Part shown: positions 30,073 through 40,643 of the stretch, piece after piece | How the letters are laid out: each line of letters opens with the position of its first letter | Numbering within the stretch: the first letter of the stretch is position 1 | IMG/VR virus record: IMGVR_UViG_3300042868_014229 | Span: 1-60,658 of that record | Strand: one strand, 5' to 3' | DNA length: 60,658 nucleotides | DNA from: a virus | Taxonomy: Duplodnaviria > Caudoviricetes | Translations under genes and position numbers: made by a program | The notes under the pieces: generated by a model | Told to the model about the DNA's origin: nothing | The model's input: only the letters and a program-made list of their open reading frames with translations | The model's database searches: none

Positions 30073-30435
30073 TTATGCTAGTGTGTTTGCGTTTCGCAAC
30101 TCATCAACTAATTTTTGAGTTGCTTTATTGAGTGATTTTGCTTTCTTGTTTTGTTTTTCTACAAATTTATCAGCCACTCCACTGATTGCAATTGCTCTTA
30201 ACTGAACATAATGCTTACTTTGATACTCATTTCCCTTAGGGACGAAAGCTACGGTAACAACTTCACCTACGCTAAATGTATCTAAAGCATCGCATTGGTC
30301 GTTAATGAATTCTAATTTAAGTGTTTCTGGATATTTTTCATCCGTTTCCACTACAAATTCTCTTTTTTGGAACTTCTCTCCAAAGGATTGTGTTTCGTCA
30401 ATACTTTTGATTGACGCATTCATAAAATAATGCAT
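30073..30435 (-). CDS. DUF3127-like OB-fold (SSB-like) protein
   Basis: FQKREFVVETDEKYP...EF..D.C. Confidence 0.75.
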   Translation of the reverse strand: MHYFMNASIKSIDETQSFGEKFQKREFVVETDEKYPETLKLEFINDQCDALDTFSVGEVVTVAFVPKGNEYQSKHYVQLRAIAISGVADKFVEKQNKKAKSLNKATQKLVDELRNANTLA

Positions 30436-30436
30436 G

Positions 30437-31189
30437 TTATTTGTCGTTTTTGTCGTCTCCGACTGCTTGGGTTAATAATCTGTCTACCACTTCTCTAACA
30501 CCATTGACTGCTGTCTTGGTTATATACTCTACTTTGATTTCTGGATAATCAAAATCTAGTGTTTTACTTGGTTCTGGGTCAATATAGATAATCGGTGTAT
30601 CTTTCTTGGTTTTCCCAAAGAAATTAAGGGTGTATCCAATGTTAAGACTAGTACCAACAATCATAACGATATCCGCTTCAATAAAAGCTTCCAAAGCATT
30701 GTAATAAAAAAAAGGATATTCACCAAACCATACAATATGTGGTCTCAATTGACCACCTTCCTCAGCTTCATCACCAAGATTAATATCATTATAACCAATA
30801 TCTTGAACTGGTTGACTCGCAACAAGTGTTGGGTTATTCATTCCAAAACTTGTTCTAGCTTTTGTTAATTCACCATGCAAATGAAGAATGTTTGTTGACC
30901 CTGCTCTTTCGTGCAAATCATCTACGTTTTGTGTTACTATCGTAACATCATATTCGTTCTCTAATTCAACCAATAATCTATGAGCAGCATTAGGTTCCAC
31001 GTTGGGTAATTCTCTTCTACGTTGATTGTAAAAGTCTAGTACCTTGCTGCGGTCTTTGGCCCAACCTTCTGGTGTGGCAACTTCATCAATCTTAAAATTA
31101 TTCCAAAGTCCATCTTTGGAATCTCTGAATGTATCAACTCCAGATTCTTTGCTGATTCCAGCACCTGTGAATACTACTATCTTTTTCAT
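30437..31189 (-). CDS. cobB: sirtuin NAD-dependent deacylase
   Basis: TGAGISKESG..TFRD, TQNVDDLHERAG, HLHG, LRPHIVWFGE. Confidence 0.92.
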   Translation of the reverse strand: MKKIVVFTGAGISKESGVDTFRDSKDGLWNNFKIDEVATPEGWAKDRSKVLDFYNQRRRELPNVEPNAAHRLLVELENEYDVTIVTQNVDDLHERAGSTNILHLHGELTKARTSFGMNNPTLVASQPVQDIGYNDINLGDEAEEGGQLRPHIVWFGEYPFFYYNALEAFIEADIVMIVGTSLNIGYTLNFFGKTKKDTPIIYIDPEPSKTLDFDYPEIKVEYITKTAVNGVREVVDRLLTQAVGDDKNDK

Positions 31190-31380
31190 TTTTTTATATT
31201 AAATGTTTCGTTTTTATAAATTTTAATTTGATTTGTAAGATAATGTCTTACAATACCACCATCACAATGCACAACACACCATACGTCATTTTCAAATGTT
31301 CCAGAATTGGTTACATATATTGCATAACCTTCTTTATCTTCTTCAATAATAACTGGTATCGGTTTTTTAAATTCTAACAT
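31186..31380 (-). CDS. hypothetical protein
   Basis: 64-aa ORF. Confidence 0.6.
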   Translation of the reverse strand: MLEFKKPIPVIIEEDKEGYAIYVTNSGTFENDVWCVVHCDGGIVRHYLTNQIKIYKNETFNIKK

Positions 31381-31386
31381 AATTAT

Positions 31387-31806
31387 TTAAATCGAATCAT
31401 CGATTGCTTTTCTAATTTTGCGTAATTTTTCGTCAACTCGTCTGTTGACTTCTTCATTTATTATTCGACTAGTTGTAATTGATATAATATCTTCTGTCAT
31501 TTTATTGATTTTGTCATTTATATGACCTTCAATGTTAGACATCTGCACATCAAGTCTTCTTTGTAATTGTTCTTGATATTGTTTAACAGTTTCATCAGCA
31601 TATAAATCAACTTCTCTAGTAAGATAATCAGAAATATATTCTCTGAGTTCCATTGGTGTAATTACAATGTTATCACCATGTTTATTCTCAAATTTAAGGA
31701 CATTAGAAATACTACTATGAATTTCACCATTAGTAGAAATAAGTGTATCGCTACCTCTGATTGAGTTATAAGCTTGTAAATCAATTATTTTCGCCATAAT
31801 GAGCAA
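31387..31806 (-). CDS. coiled-coil hypothetical protein
   Basis: 139-aa ORF. Confidence 0.6.
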   Translation of the reverse strand: MLIMAKIIDLQAYNSIRGSDTLISTNGEIHSSISNVLKFENKHGDNIVITPMELREYISDYLTREVDLYADETVKQYQEQLQRRLDVQMSNIEGHINDKINKMTEDIISITTSRIINEEVNRRVDEKLRKIRKAIDDSI

Positions 31807-32221
31807 TTAATAAATCGTAAACCTCTTGCCATTCAACCATTGGGTCGAATCCTGCTTTGTCTTCAAACAAAACATTCATGTAAGGTTTTTTATCGTAACA
31901 TCCATAACCATTAATATCAGTAGGAACATCTGGGTTCTCATTGATAAATTTGAAATGAATGTTGTTATCTTCAAATAACTTTACATACTCTGCCACTTCA
32001 TTTGGGTGTGAACAGGTATATAAAAAAGTTACCACATCTGGTAATTTACTAATTAGTTGAAGCGTTTCTTTCGCCATCGGATAAAATTCGTCTGGCGTGC
32101 TACCGTAAGTATAATTAGGTTTAAGTATTGTCCCATGAATATCAAAGGCCCAATACATAGTGTCCCAATTTCTTGTTATCTTGTATGCAAATGAATTGAT
32201 TATTGCTTTAGTTACTCCCAT
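31781..32221 (-). CDS. HAD-like protein
   Basis: FDIHGT, INENP, EDKAGF. Confidence 0.65.
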   Translation of the reverse strand: MGVTKAIINSFAYKITRNWDTMYWAFDIHGTILKPNYTYGSTPDEFYPMAKETLQLISKLPDVVTFLYTCSHPNEVAEYVKLFEDNNIHFKFINENPDVPTDINGYGCYDKKPYMNVLFEDKAGFDPMVEWQEVYDLLIAHYGENN

Positions 32222-32484
32222 ATTTCTTTTTTAAACCATTGATATCTTATTATTAAACCTGCTTGTCCATCACATGTCATAACAGCTTGTGCATCATTAA
32301 AAAAGATACCTTCATATCCTCTATCTGTTGCATACTCCCTTTTTCTTTCTAAGAAGTCATGTAATGTTTCACCTATCTTTAAACATTCAGACCTAAGTAA
32401 CCAATGTACTATTTTTCCATCGATTACTTGTGGTCTTTTTGTATGTTCTGTTTGAACTGGTGAATAAACATAAATTACTTTCAT
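32212..32484 (-). CDS. hypothetical protein
   Basis: 90 aa; -7 box 32489-32496. Confidence 0.55.
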   Translation of the reverse strand: MKVIYVYSPVQTEHTKRPQVIDGKIVHWLLRSECLKIGETLHDFLERKREYATDRGYEGIFFNDAQAVMTCDGQAGLIIRYQWFKKEIWE

Positions 32485-32519
32485 AACGCAAAGATACGAT
32501 AATAAATTTAATAAATCAA

Positions 32520-32972
32520 TTATTGTGGAACATAATTAACAACAATTACTCTTTCCCCTTCTAACTCTTCTTCAATGATTGCTTCAATCACGTCCCAATC
32601 ACCACCAGCTAAACCAGCACCAATCTTTGGTAGACCAAATAACAACCCAGAAAATTCTTGTTTCATCGCTCTCAATGCTGAACGCAATGCATCATAGTCC
32701 AAATCCATTTCGCCATGTCGTCTACCAGTATAGTCGTATTGACCATATAAGTTTACAACAATTGGATGTGTATCATCTGAAAATGAAATGGTTCCAAGTT
32801 TTGATTCATCACCTTTTATTGTTTCACAATCTGCGGCATAAGCATCAGGAAATTTAGCTTTAATTTGTGGTGCAATACCTGCACCCATTGTACAAAAGCA
32901 ATTACAACAGTGTGCAATTACGTCAAATAATTCGGCTTCTTTAACCAAGTCGCCATCGATATACTTTATCAT
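32520..32972 (-). CDS. macro domain protein (ADP-ribose processing)
   Basis: GDL, HCCNCFCTMGAGIA, PKIGAGLAGGDW. Confidence 0.9.
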   Translation of the reverse strand: MIKYIDGDLVKEAELFDVIAHCCNCFCTMGAGIAPQIKAKFPDAYAADCETIKGDESKLGTISFSDDTHPIVVNLYGQYDYTGRRHGEMDLDYDALRSALRAMKQEFSGLLFGLPKIGAGLAGGDWDVIEAIIEEELEGERVIVVNYVPQ

Positions 32973-32995
32973 CTTTTTTGTTTTTATTTTTATTG

Positions 32996-33490
32996 TTATT
33001 TTCCGTCTCCGTATGATTCGGTTAGAATCTTTGCCCTAACTTTCATTATTGCTTCACCTAACCAATTTGTCCCTTTCCAAGTTGCTTTGTCCCAAGCCAA
33101 TGGATTTGTTTCATGAAGACCAATTCCCCAGATAGTATCTTCTGGACTTGCTTCGACAATCTCTTTATCTCCAGTTGCCATAAGTTCTTTAAGCATTTTT
33201 GGGTTCTGAGTGAACTTTGCATAGTTTGCATCGTAAACATAATCTCTACAATATGTTTCCCATTTAACCTTGTTGAAACCTTTTACCTTTTTACCCATAG
33301 CTTTTTGTAAAGCTGGGCTCTTCTCAAGCATTATCTCTCTAAGTGAATCATAATCACCAAATAGTAACGCTTTTTTTGCCATCATATATTGTTCAGCGGT
33401 GTTGTACTCAACCCCATCTATCACGAAGACAGATGGGCACCATTGGCTATAAGTACCACCCCAAAACAATATGAAATCTGATTTTGCCAT
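32996..33490 (-). CDS. NADAR (YbiA-like) family protein
   Basis: SQW, TAEQYMMAKKA, EASPEDTIWGIG, GTNWLG. Confidence 0.9.
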   Translation of the reverse strand: MAKSDFILFWGGTYSQWCPSVFVIDGVEYNTAEQYMMAKKALLFGDYDSLREIMLEKSPALQKAMGKKVKGFNKVKWETYCRDYVYDANYAKFTQNPKMLKELMATGDKEIVEASPEDTIWGIGLHETNPLAWDKATWKGTNWLGEAIMKVRAKILTESYGDGK

Positions 33491-33495
33491 TGTTT

Positions 33496-34107
33496 TTAAA
33501 TTAAATCTTTTGCATGTGACATGCTTATTTTATCATAAACTCCTGAACATAAGCTATACACGTATAACCAAAGTCTTCGGAATGGGTTGTTCAATAACGT
33601 TGCTGTCAAAGATAACGGCCAATATGAAATCCATGCGATGATAGAAGCTTTGTTATCAGTACCATTAGGCATAATTTTAACTACTATATCTTTCATATTT
33701 TTAACTTGGTTACTATATACGTTGAATCCAAAATTTCTAAGGAAATCACATATTCCACGTAAATGAATTTCATCTTTTTCGTCAAATTTTTTATTTTGGT
33801 CCAAATATTCAGCTCGTTTTGTTTTGAACAAATTAACTTTTTTCTTAACAAATTCATTCCATTTAAGTATCGACCAACCCATACCTAATATAACGTAACC
33901 TAGCGAAAAGTAAACGGTTGTAGCAATGTTTGTCGATACAAAACCCCAAATATCTTTCCCATAGTTCCACAATAAAAGTGCTAACACAAATGATACAATA
34001 CCACTGGCCCAACCTTCTTCTTCATTCTCTAACGATACCATTATCGCTATTGCTCCTACGATACTAACTCCTAGTATAACGTAGATGTTGCTTAAAAATT
34101 CTAACAT
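33496..34107 (-). CDS. membrane protein
   Basis: Several TM helices; WISYWP. Confidence 0.65.
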   Translation of the reverse strand: MLEFLSNIYVILGVSIVGAIAIMVSLENEEEGWASGIVSFVLALLLWNYGKDIWGFVSTNIATTVYFSLGYVILGMGWSILKWNEFVKKKVNLFKTKRAEYLDQNKKFDEKDEIHLRGICDFLRNFGFNVYSNQVKNMKDIVVKIMPNGTDNKASIIAWISYWPLSLTATLLNNPFRRLWLYVYSLCSGVYDKISMSHAKDLI

Positions 34108-34119
34108 AATTTATATTTT

Positions 34120-35685
34120 TTAGTTTGTTATTTTTGCTCTTTCTCTTATTTCTTCAAAGGTCCAATCTTTAAGGATTTCACCATTTCTAAACACCTCAAC
34201 CAATTCATCTTGTACGGTGTCGAAATCGGCATCCATTGATGTAACTGTTCTGTATGTACCATCTTCATTCTTAACCAATTTAAGCTTTCCTTGCTTAGAT
34301 TTTTTGAATGATTTACTCAATCCACCGAACTCGTCCATTTCTGTTGGAGATTTAACGATGTTTTTTTCTTCACCATTCACAATAGCGTAACATGCTTTGG
34401 TTGCAAAGTTTTGTGTATCACGATTGATGTCTGCTTGAAGCAATTTACCACCCATACCCAACGCTAAGTTCTCTGGAGATATTTTCTCAGCTTCTAACAT
34501 TGCATAGATTTCTTGGATTGATTCGAAATTCACACCATCACCTTGAATTACTCTTACTTGTGGTGGCAATACTTTGTAACCTTTGTCATTGGTGGTAAAA
34601 CCAAATTTATCGAAAAGGATACTGAAGATTTCTTTTAACGTGTTGATTACGTGACCAGAATCTGGACGAATAACAAGTTGATTTCCTGGTTCTGCAGGTC
34701 TAGACAATACTAAATCTCTCAATTCAGTTCCCCAGTATTCAGAACATGCTCTGAAGATATTAAATGAATCTGATACACAAGCTACCAATCCAGTTGGATA
34801 TGTAGTTAATACTCGTTTCATCAACTCTAACTCTCCTTCTTCACCTTTAAGTGTCATGATTGAATGTTCAGTTGCTGGAATAGATAAACCATATACAGTA
34901 TCCGTATTGTAAAGGTCCGTAATCAATTTAGATGCTACTACAGTATCTGAACCTCTAAAGTTAACCAAGTGAGCAGAACCACCTATTCTAGCTGATTGTA
35001 CGCTTGATACACCACGGAAACCGAAATCATTCAATACGAAGTCAACCAAGAAATCAATTAACCCAGCATCGTATGATGTAGAGTTTTTAAATGCTTTGGT
35101 AACAACTTTTCTTACTTCTCTAGAAAGAGTAGCAACAGTGATAGGATACCAAACTTGTAATAAGATTGATTCTAAGAAATTTGTTAACCATGCACACTCA
35201 GGGTCAAGGCTTTCAATAACGAATAATACGTTTTTGGTTCCAACAACAGTTCCTTCTGGAACAGCTTTGATACTGATAGGTAATTTACCATCGTATTTGT
35301 CAACGATGTAATCAAATTTACTTCTATCGAATACATCATCACGACCAAAGATACCATGTTTGGTTCCAAGCATTCTATGTGCTTCAGCTACTTCTTCACG
35401 TGTAATTGCAATACCTTCTAAGTATTCTTTAAGGAATATTTGTAAACCGTAGAATACAGTTTCTGAGAATTTACCACCACGAGATTCCATATAAGAAACC
35501 ATCTTGGTCATTTCACTACCATAGAATTTGTGGTGTGAGTATTTGTAACCATCTGAACATAAGATAAGGTTATCTGGTTTTCCAATTACCTTGTTAAGGT
35601 ATTTTTGTACTTCTTTCATTTTGCTCCAATCTTTATTTTCGATTGCAGCGTTAATTTGTTCGAGTAATACTTTTTTCAATTTCAT
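34120..35685 (-). CDS. nadV: nicotinamide phosphoribosyltransferase
   Basis: DGYKYSH, DFGFRG, PATEHS, VIRPDSG, IQGDG. Confidence 0.92.
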   Translation of the reverse strand: MKLKKVLLEQINAAIENKDWSKMKEVQKYLNKVIGKPDNLILCSDGYKYSHHKFYGSEMTKMVSYMESRGGKFSETVFYGLQIFLKEYLEGIAITREEVAEAHRMLGTKHGIFGRDDVFDRSKFDYIVDKYDGKLPISIKAVPEGTVVGTKNVLFVIESLDPECAWLTNFLESILLQVWYPITVATLSREVRKVVTKAFKNSTSYDAGLIDFLVDFVLNDFGFRGVSSVQSARIGGSAHLVNFRGSDTVVASKLITDLYNTDTVYGLSIPATEHSIMTLKGEEGELELMKRVLTTYPTGLVACVSDSFNIFRACSEYWGTELRDLVLSRPAEPGNQLVIRPDSGHVINTLKEIFSILFDKFGFTTNDKGYKVLPPQVRVIQGDGVNFESIQEIYAMLEAEKISPENLALGMGGKLLQADINRDTQNFATKACYAIVNGEEKNIVKSPTEMDEFGGLSKSFKKSKQGKLKLVKNEDGTYRTVTSMDADFDTVQDELVEVFRNGEILKDWTFEEIRERAKITN

Positions 35686-35690
35686 AATTT

Positions 35691-36305
35691 CTATTTTATT
35701 TTAACTTTTTCAAAATCTACAGTGGCGGTAAAAGAAAATTCATTACCATATCTGTTTTTAATTACTTTGATAATCATATTTGGTTTTTTTAACCAAAAAC
35801 AAAGTTTATACTTTAAAGTATTTAATTGTTTAGTCGATAATTCATTATCTCTTAATCTTGTTATTGTGATTATCATATCACTTTTATACATTATTTGCTT
35901 TTCAACAGCATCGTAACCATCATTAAGTACTCTTGTTGGTCTAGCTGATGTAATTAAAATACTATTGTTTTGTTTAGCAATTTCAATCAACAAATCAAAT
36001 TCCTCAGTAGTTCTATAAACATCTGCAATGATAACATCATATTTATTTTCTTCATGACCTTTAAAACTAGCAAATTTTTTGACTGTTAAAACCTTTTCCT
36101 CAGAAATATTTGATACTCCAATAGTTTTACGTAGTTTTCTAAGTATATTTTTATTCGTATCTTCAAAAGTCAAATATAAAACACTTTTACCTGCTAAATA
36201 ATACTCACCAGCAATTATAGAAAGCAACGTTGTTGTACCACTACCAAAACTACCACCAAGTGTATAAACACCTGTCTTTAAACCTAATTTTTCTACTAAT
36301 TTCAT
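35691..36305 (-). CDS. degenerate RecA/DnaB-fold P-loop protein
   Basis: GSFGSGTT Walker-A variant, YLTFED, KNRYG. Confidence 0.55.
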   Translation of the reverse strand: MKLVEKLGLKTGVYTLGGSFGSGTTTLLSIIAGEYYLAGKSVLYLTFEDTNKNILRKLRKTIGVSNISEEKVLTVKKFASFKGHEENKYDVIIADVYRTTEEFDLLIEIAKQNNSILITSARPTRVLNDGYDAVEKQIMYKSDMIITITRLRDNELSTKQLNTLKYKLCFWLKKPNMIIKVIKNRYGNEFSFTATVDFEKVKIK

Positions 36306-37297
36306 AGTTCTTTTTTTACAATTAATTTATCACTTACCGCTTTTCTTAAAAACGTTTCCATTAGTTTTATGTGTTCTGGTACAATTTTATCTTCCAAATG
36401 AAATTCAAAATTAACCTTTGGTACGTGACCACTACCTTGACTTGCTTCTGTGGTTACATCAAACAAATCAGTTAGATTAAACCAACGAACTTCAGCAATG
36501 TCGTCAGAAGCTTCTGGTCTACCCATTTGGTCCCATGTATACGCTAAAAACAATGTAGTCATAATACCAGATTCTTCTCTAGCATATCGCCAGTCTTCAA
36601 CAGCTTGACTACAAACGTAATGCATCTTCAATGCTGATAATTTGGTTTCTTCATATAATTCTCTACGAGCAGCCATTTCCCAATCAACATCGGTACGGTC
36701 TACAAATCCACCAACAAATCTAAAAAGGGTTTCTGCAGGTTTTCTAGCCAAAAGTATTTGGCCATTGTCATTAGCAACTACAACATCAACTGTTGGATAC
36801 GTTACTGGTCTTTGTTTGTTAACACCATAAATAACACCTGCTCTGAAAGACTCATTTGAAATTACTTGTTCAGCCGCTATTCTTCTAATATCAGTTGCAT
36901 TATGTTGACCAACAATTGGAAATTCTTCAACAACATATTTACCATGATAATGAGGAATGAATGAATCACGACTACCATATATCAATACTGATTTATCTGG
37001 GAAAATTGCTCTGATATTATTATCAACGTTGGTTGACCATTTATTATCGCTTCTATTATCTTCTAATGGTAATACGGTTAGATTAGGGTAGTAATGTTGA
37101 ATCATTTCTTTTCTAGTAGAAAAATCCAACGGATTTCTTTTTGTATTTTGTATTCTAGGTATCCCTAAAAACACAATTACGTTAGGATGTTTTTTACTTA
37201 CGTGGTCAAATAAAGCTTTGTGACCAGCATGTAAATATGGTGTTTGAACTCTTGCGATTATTACACCTACTGTAGAAATATCTTCTAATTTTTTCAT
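36302..37297 (-). CDS. bifunctional NMN adenylyltransferase / ADP-ribose Nudix hydrolase (NadM-Nudix)
   Basis: ARVQ..HAGH, NPL, NATDIR; GGFVD...AARRELYEET; start reassigned after -7 box 37317-37324. Confidence 0.88.
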   Translation of the reverse strand: MKKLEDISTVGVIIARVQTPYLHAGHKALFDHVSKKHPNVIVFLGIPRIQNTKRNPLDFSTRKEMIQHYYPNLTVLPLEDNRSDNKWSTNVDNNIRAIFPDKSVLIYGSRDSFIPHYHGKYVVEEFPIVGQHNATDIRRIAAEQVISNESFRAGVIYGVNKQRPVTYPTVDVVVANDNGQILLARKPAETLFRFVGGFVDRTDVDWEMAARRELYEETKLSALKMHYVCSQAVEDWRYAREESGIMTTLFLAYTWDQMGRPEASDDIAEVRWFNLTDLFDVTTEASQGSGHVPKVNFEFHLEDKIVPEHIKLMETFLRKAVSDKLIVKKEL

Positions 37298-37327
37298 TGT
37301 ATATGATTTTATAGTGCAAATGTACAT

Positions 37328-37364
37328 AAAAAAACCCAATAAAAAAATATTATTGGGTTTTTTT
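37328..37364 (-). terminator. intrinsic terminator
   Basis: AAAAAACCCAATAA-loop-TTATTGGGTTTTTT. Confidence 0.65.
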
Positions 37365-37369
37365 TGATT

Positions 37370-38701
37370 TTATTTTGTAAAACCTAATGTACTCTTTTCT
37401 TTTTCGACTTGACTAGAGTAGAATCCTTTGTAAGATTCTTCGATTAACTTCACAGTATCAGCTATTGTCCAATCATCATCACCCTCAGACATTTCTCTTA
37501 GGTTTTCTGCTAAGTTAGCAATGAAAGCACCAGTTACTTTGGCTTTTTTACCAGCAACCGTTCCAGTTAATGTATCATACACTTCTTGTATTTGCCATTT
37601 TTCATCCAAGTGGATATTACATACCTTAACAATTTGTTCATCGTTTAAGAAACTGTAATCTAAAGTGAAATTGAAACGACCTGGACGTTCTGCTGCTTTA
37701 TCTACAAGACCTTTATCATTGGTTGAAGCTAACAAGCTGATTTTTCTTTTCTTAACACCATCAAAGAATCCTAAGAATTGACCTAACAAACTTGTGTAGT
37801 GACCATGTTCACGATTACCCAAGAACAAATCAATATCATCCATGATGATTACACCATTCTCGAAAATCTCACATGCTTCCATGATGCTGGTTAAATCATC
37901 AGTAGTTCTAAACTCTGGAATAACAAATGTTACGTTAGGTAAAAGTCTTCTAGCGATATCTCTAATGCTTTCTGTTTTACCAGTTCCAGGTTCACCATTC
38001 AATAGGTATCTCATGTGTCCACCTCTACCAACGATTCTTACGAATTGGTCAACAAATCTATGTTGAGTTTCGTTAAGGATAAGTTCATTTTTAGATTCTT
38101 CCATATTGATAATTTCAATACCTTTGAAAGAACCTTCTCTCATTTTAACCTTGATACATTTACCTTTGTATTCTGAGTTATTAAATGATAAGTTTTTCAT
38201 TGTTTTAAATAAATCCTCAAAAGCACCACTATTGATACCTTTCTTTGACGAAATATGTAATTGAGTGTTCAACTCACCACGACCATCGATATACATAATC
38301 GTTTGGAAAATGTATTCATTTTCATCTGCAGCGAATTTAGTGTTGTACCAGAATGAACTTCTATTATCAAAAGTTCCACCAAAAGATAATCTTCCGATGT
38401 TATCTACACCACCATAAGCAGTTACACTAATCCCTTCATGTTTACCTCTGTAAACATCATGTAGATAACCATTGATAATTGCCAATTCAACGAAGCTAAT
38501 ATCTTCAGTTACAGAATTTGATAGATACTCTTCTTCTTCTAATAAGTCATCATCTTCATCGTCCATCATGTCTTCAAATCTAATTGTTGGAAGTTCTAAA
38601 TACCCTTCGCTTGTTCTTCCTAATCTTACGTTACGTGTGTTTCCTTTTGCCATTGCTTCTTTTGCTTGTGTTAATAATTTAAAAAATTTGTCTTTTTCCA
38701 T
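37370..38701 (-). CDS. AAA+ ATPase
   Basis: GEPGTGKT, IIMDDID, RPGRF. Confidence 0.88.
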   Translation of the reverse strand: MEKDKFFKLLTQAKEAMAKGNTRNVRLGRTSEGYLELPTIRFEDMMDDEDDDLLEEEEYLSNSVTEDISFVELAIINGYLHDVYRGKHEGISVTAYGGVDNIGRLSFGGTFDNRSSFWYNTKFAADENEYIFQTIMYIDGRGELNTQLHISSKKGINSGAFEDLFKTMKNLSFNNSEYKGKCIKVKMREGSFKGIEIINMEESKNELILNETQHRFVDQFVRIVGRGGHMRYLLNGEPGTGKTESIRDIARRLLPNVTFVIPEFRTTDDLTSIMEACEIFENGVIIMDDIDLFLGNREHGHYTSLLGQFLGFFDGVKKRKISLLASTNDKGLVDKAAERPGRFNFTLDYSFLNDEQIVKVCNIHLDEKWQIQEVYDTLTGTVAGKKAKVTGAFIANLAENLREMSEGDDDWTIADTVKLIEESYKGFYSSQVEKEKSTLGFTK

Positions 38702-38703
38702 TT

Positions 38704-39348
38704 TTATTCTCTTGTGGTTTTTTCTACCTTGATATGTGATAATTTTTCAATCACTTCAGTATAGCTTATTGGTCGATAGTCGTGTAACATACAACCAGCA
38801 TCTATAACTCTTCTCTCATCATAAAAAGATGCTTCTTCTCCATGATGTAAATTGCCATGGCAATGTCCGTGAATCATGTAACTACCGTGATGTTTTTTAT
38901 TCCATGAATAAATTGGGTAGTGCATACAACAAAACAATGTCTCAACTTTTATTTTGGCTCCAATATGTATATCAGAATCCACATTATGTGTTATTCTTAC
39001 TTCTAAGTAATCTTGAACACTTTCAAGTTTAGGCAACTTCTTAATTTCTTCAATCTTGTCATGGTTACCCATAATAAAATGAATATGACCGTTTAGACGT
39101 TTCAACATATCTTCAACATATTGTTTGTCTTCTCTTCTTGCGAAACTTAAGTCACCCAAATAAATAACAATATCATCTGGGTTGACCGTTTCATTCCAAC
39201 GCTGCTCAATCACTTGATGCATTTGATGCACGTCATCAAATGGACGATTATCAAACTTTAGCACGTTGTTATGGAATAAATGAAAATCAGACGTAAAATA
39301 TACGTTAATTTCTTTTTTCCCTTGCGTTAAATCAACATTTAATCTCAT
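38704..39348 (-). CDS. metallophosphoesterase
   Basis: SDFH, LGD, GNHD, HYP, HGHCH. Confidence 0.88.
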   Translation of the reverse strand: MRLNVDLTQGKKEINVYFTSDFHLFHNNVLKFDNRPFDDVHQMHQVIEQRWNETVNPDDIVIYLGDLSFARREDKQYVEDMLKRLNGHIHFIMGNHDKIEEIKKLPKLESVQDYLEVRITHNVDSDIHIGAKIKVETLFCCMHYPIYSWNKKHHGSYMIHGHCHGNLHHGEEASFYDERRVIDAGCMLHDYRPISYTEVIEKLSHIKVEKTTRE

Positions 39349-39349
39349 T

Positions 39350-39859
39350 TTAATACCCTTGGGCCTCCATTTTAGCTTTTAAAGCAGCCAATGCACTATT
39401 TGCATCTCCCAACTTGAAAGAAGCTGATTTAGTTCCTTGTGTTTTTTCTTTTAATTTAAAAGCTTTAGCTTTAACATCATCATTGATGTAATTACTTTGA
39501 GTTGCTCTATCAATAAAATCAGTTCTTTTAACACCACTTAGTAACCAATTGATGTGTTTGTCTTTATTGAATGATTTAGCAATTACCCAATCAGTAAAAA
39601 CACTTAAAGATTCTGCAGATAAAAAAGTGTTTGTATCTTTACTGGTAAAACCAGCTTCCGCAACATCTTTATTAGCTTCGGTGTTTAAAACCAATTCTTT
39701 TCTACTCAAAGCACACTTAAATGTACCTTCAGGTGTGATTTCAACTTTAAGTCTTTTAGTGGTTGGAAAATAGCTTCTTACCATATGGTTAAGAAAATTC
39801 TTTGCTTTTGGGTTTACCAACATCGCTTCTAAACTTGTGATGATTTCTTCGTTTGTCAT
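39350..39859 (-). CDS. hypothetical protein
   Basis: 169-aa ORF. Confidence 0.65.
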   Translation of the reverse strand: MTNEEIITSLEAMLVNPKAKNFLNHMVRSYFPTTKRLKVEITPEGTFKCALSRKELVLNTEANKDVAEAGFTSKDTNTFLSAESLSVFTDWVIAKSFNKDKHINWLLSGVKRTDFIDRATQSNYINDDVKAKAFKLKEKTQGTKSASFKLGDANSALAALKAKMEAQGY

Positions 39860-39864
39860 TTTTT

Positions 39865-40242
39865 TTATTTTAAAATTATGTAATTAAATACTATGAATAT
39901 TTGAAGGTAATGTAACCATTGGTCAAATCCAATCGTAACAAAAAATTCGTGACTCTTCTTTGCTTGATAATATTTGCTAGTAATACGGCTAGTAATATAA
40001 TCAGTAATAAAATGCATTACAAATATTGCTACTCCAGCCCCTAAATATTGCCATGATGTTGCATGTATGCCCACTATCAAAAATAATAACCACCATGCAA
40101 CTATAGTTGTTACTGTATAAATTGTAACGTGCATACCTAAATAGTAATTACTAGTGCTTTTTCTCAACGCCATGTGCTCCGTTTGTAAAACGAAATCAGC
40201 CAGCCAATGCACCAACAAAAAATATAAAACAATTATACTCAT
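39865..40242 (-). CDS. DUF3307-like membrane protein
   Basis: HWLADFVLQT, HFITD, GFDQWLH. Confidence 0.8.
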   Translation of the reverse strand: MSIIVLYFLLVHWLADFVLQTEHMALRKSTSNYYLGMHVTIYTVTTIVAWWLLFLIVGIHATSWQYLGAGVAIFVMHFITDYITSRITSKYYQAKKSHEFFVTIGFDQWLHYLQIFIVFNYIILK

Positions 40243-40631
40243 TATACTTCTGCTACTATTGATGAAACTAATTTGTTATCAGCTAACCCCTTATGTTCTT
40301 TATTGAATTGTCCCATGATTTGACCAGCGTTTGTTAAACCAGAATCTTTATAACCTTTAACAATAGTTCTGATTTGTTCTTCAGTCATAAGACTTGGTAA
40401 ATAAGGGTCCATGTATGATAACTCCACCAAGGATTGTGGGTCGTTGGTTAGTTTAAGTGCTTTTTCCATCTTACGTAAGATAATCAAAACTGTTCCATCA
40501 GTTGTTACAGTTCCTCTACCTTCTTCGTTTTGGATTTCACTTTTCAATAGACCTAGAAAGTTTTTTCTTTCCATATCTTTTGCTTTGAATGCTGAAATAA
40601 AATCAGCATTGATTTTTTCTTTTAAATTCAT
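40242..40631 (-). CDS. GatB/YqeY domain protein
   Basis: LKEKI..D...AFKAKD, YLP..MTEE, GQIMG. Confidence 0.85.
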   Translation of the reverse strand: MNLKEKINADFISAFKAKDMERKNFLGLLKSEIQNEEGRGTVTTDGTVLIILRKMEKALKLTNDPQSLVELSYMDPYLPSLMTEEQIRTIVKGYKDSGLTNAGQIMGQFNKEHKGLADNKLVSSIVAEV

Positions 40632-40643
40632 TTTTCCTAATTA

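Noticed and set aside
35691-36305. Replicative DnaB helicase
   Set aside because: Only 204 aa and the Walker A lacks the Lys.
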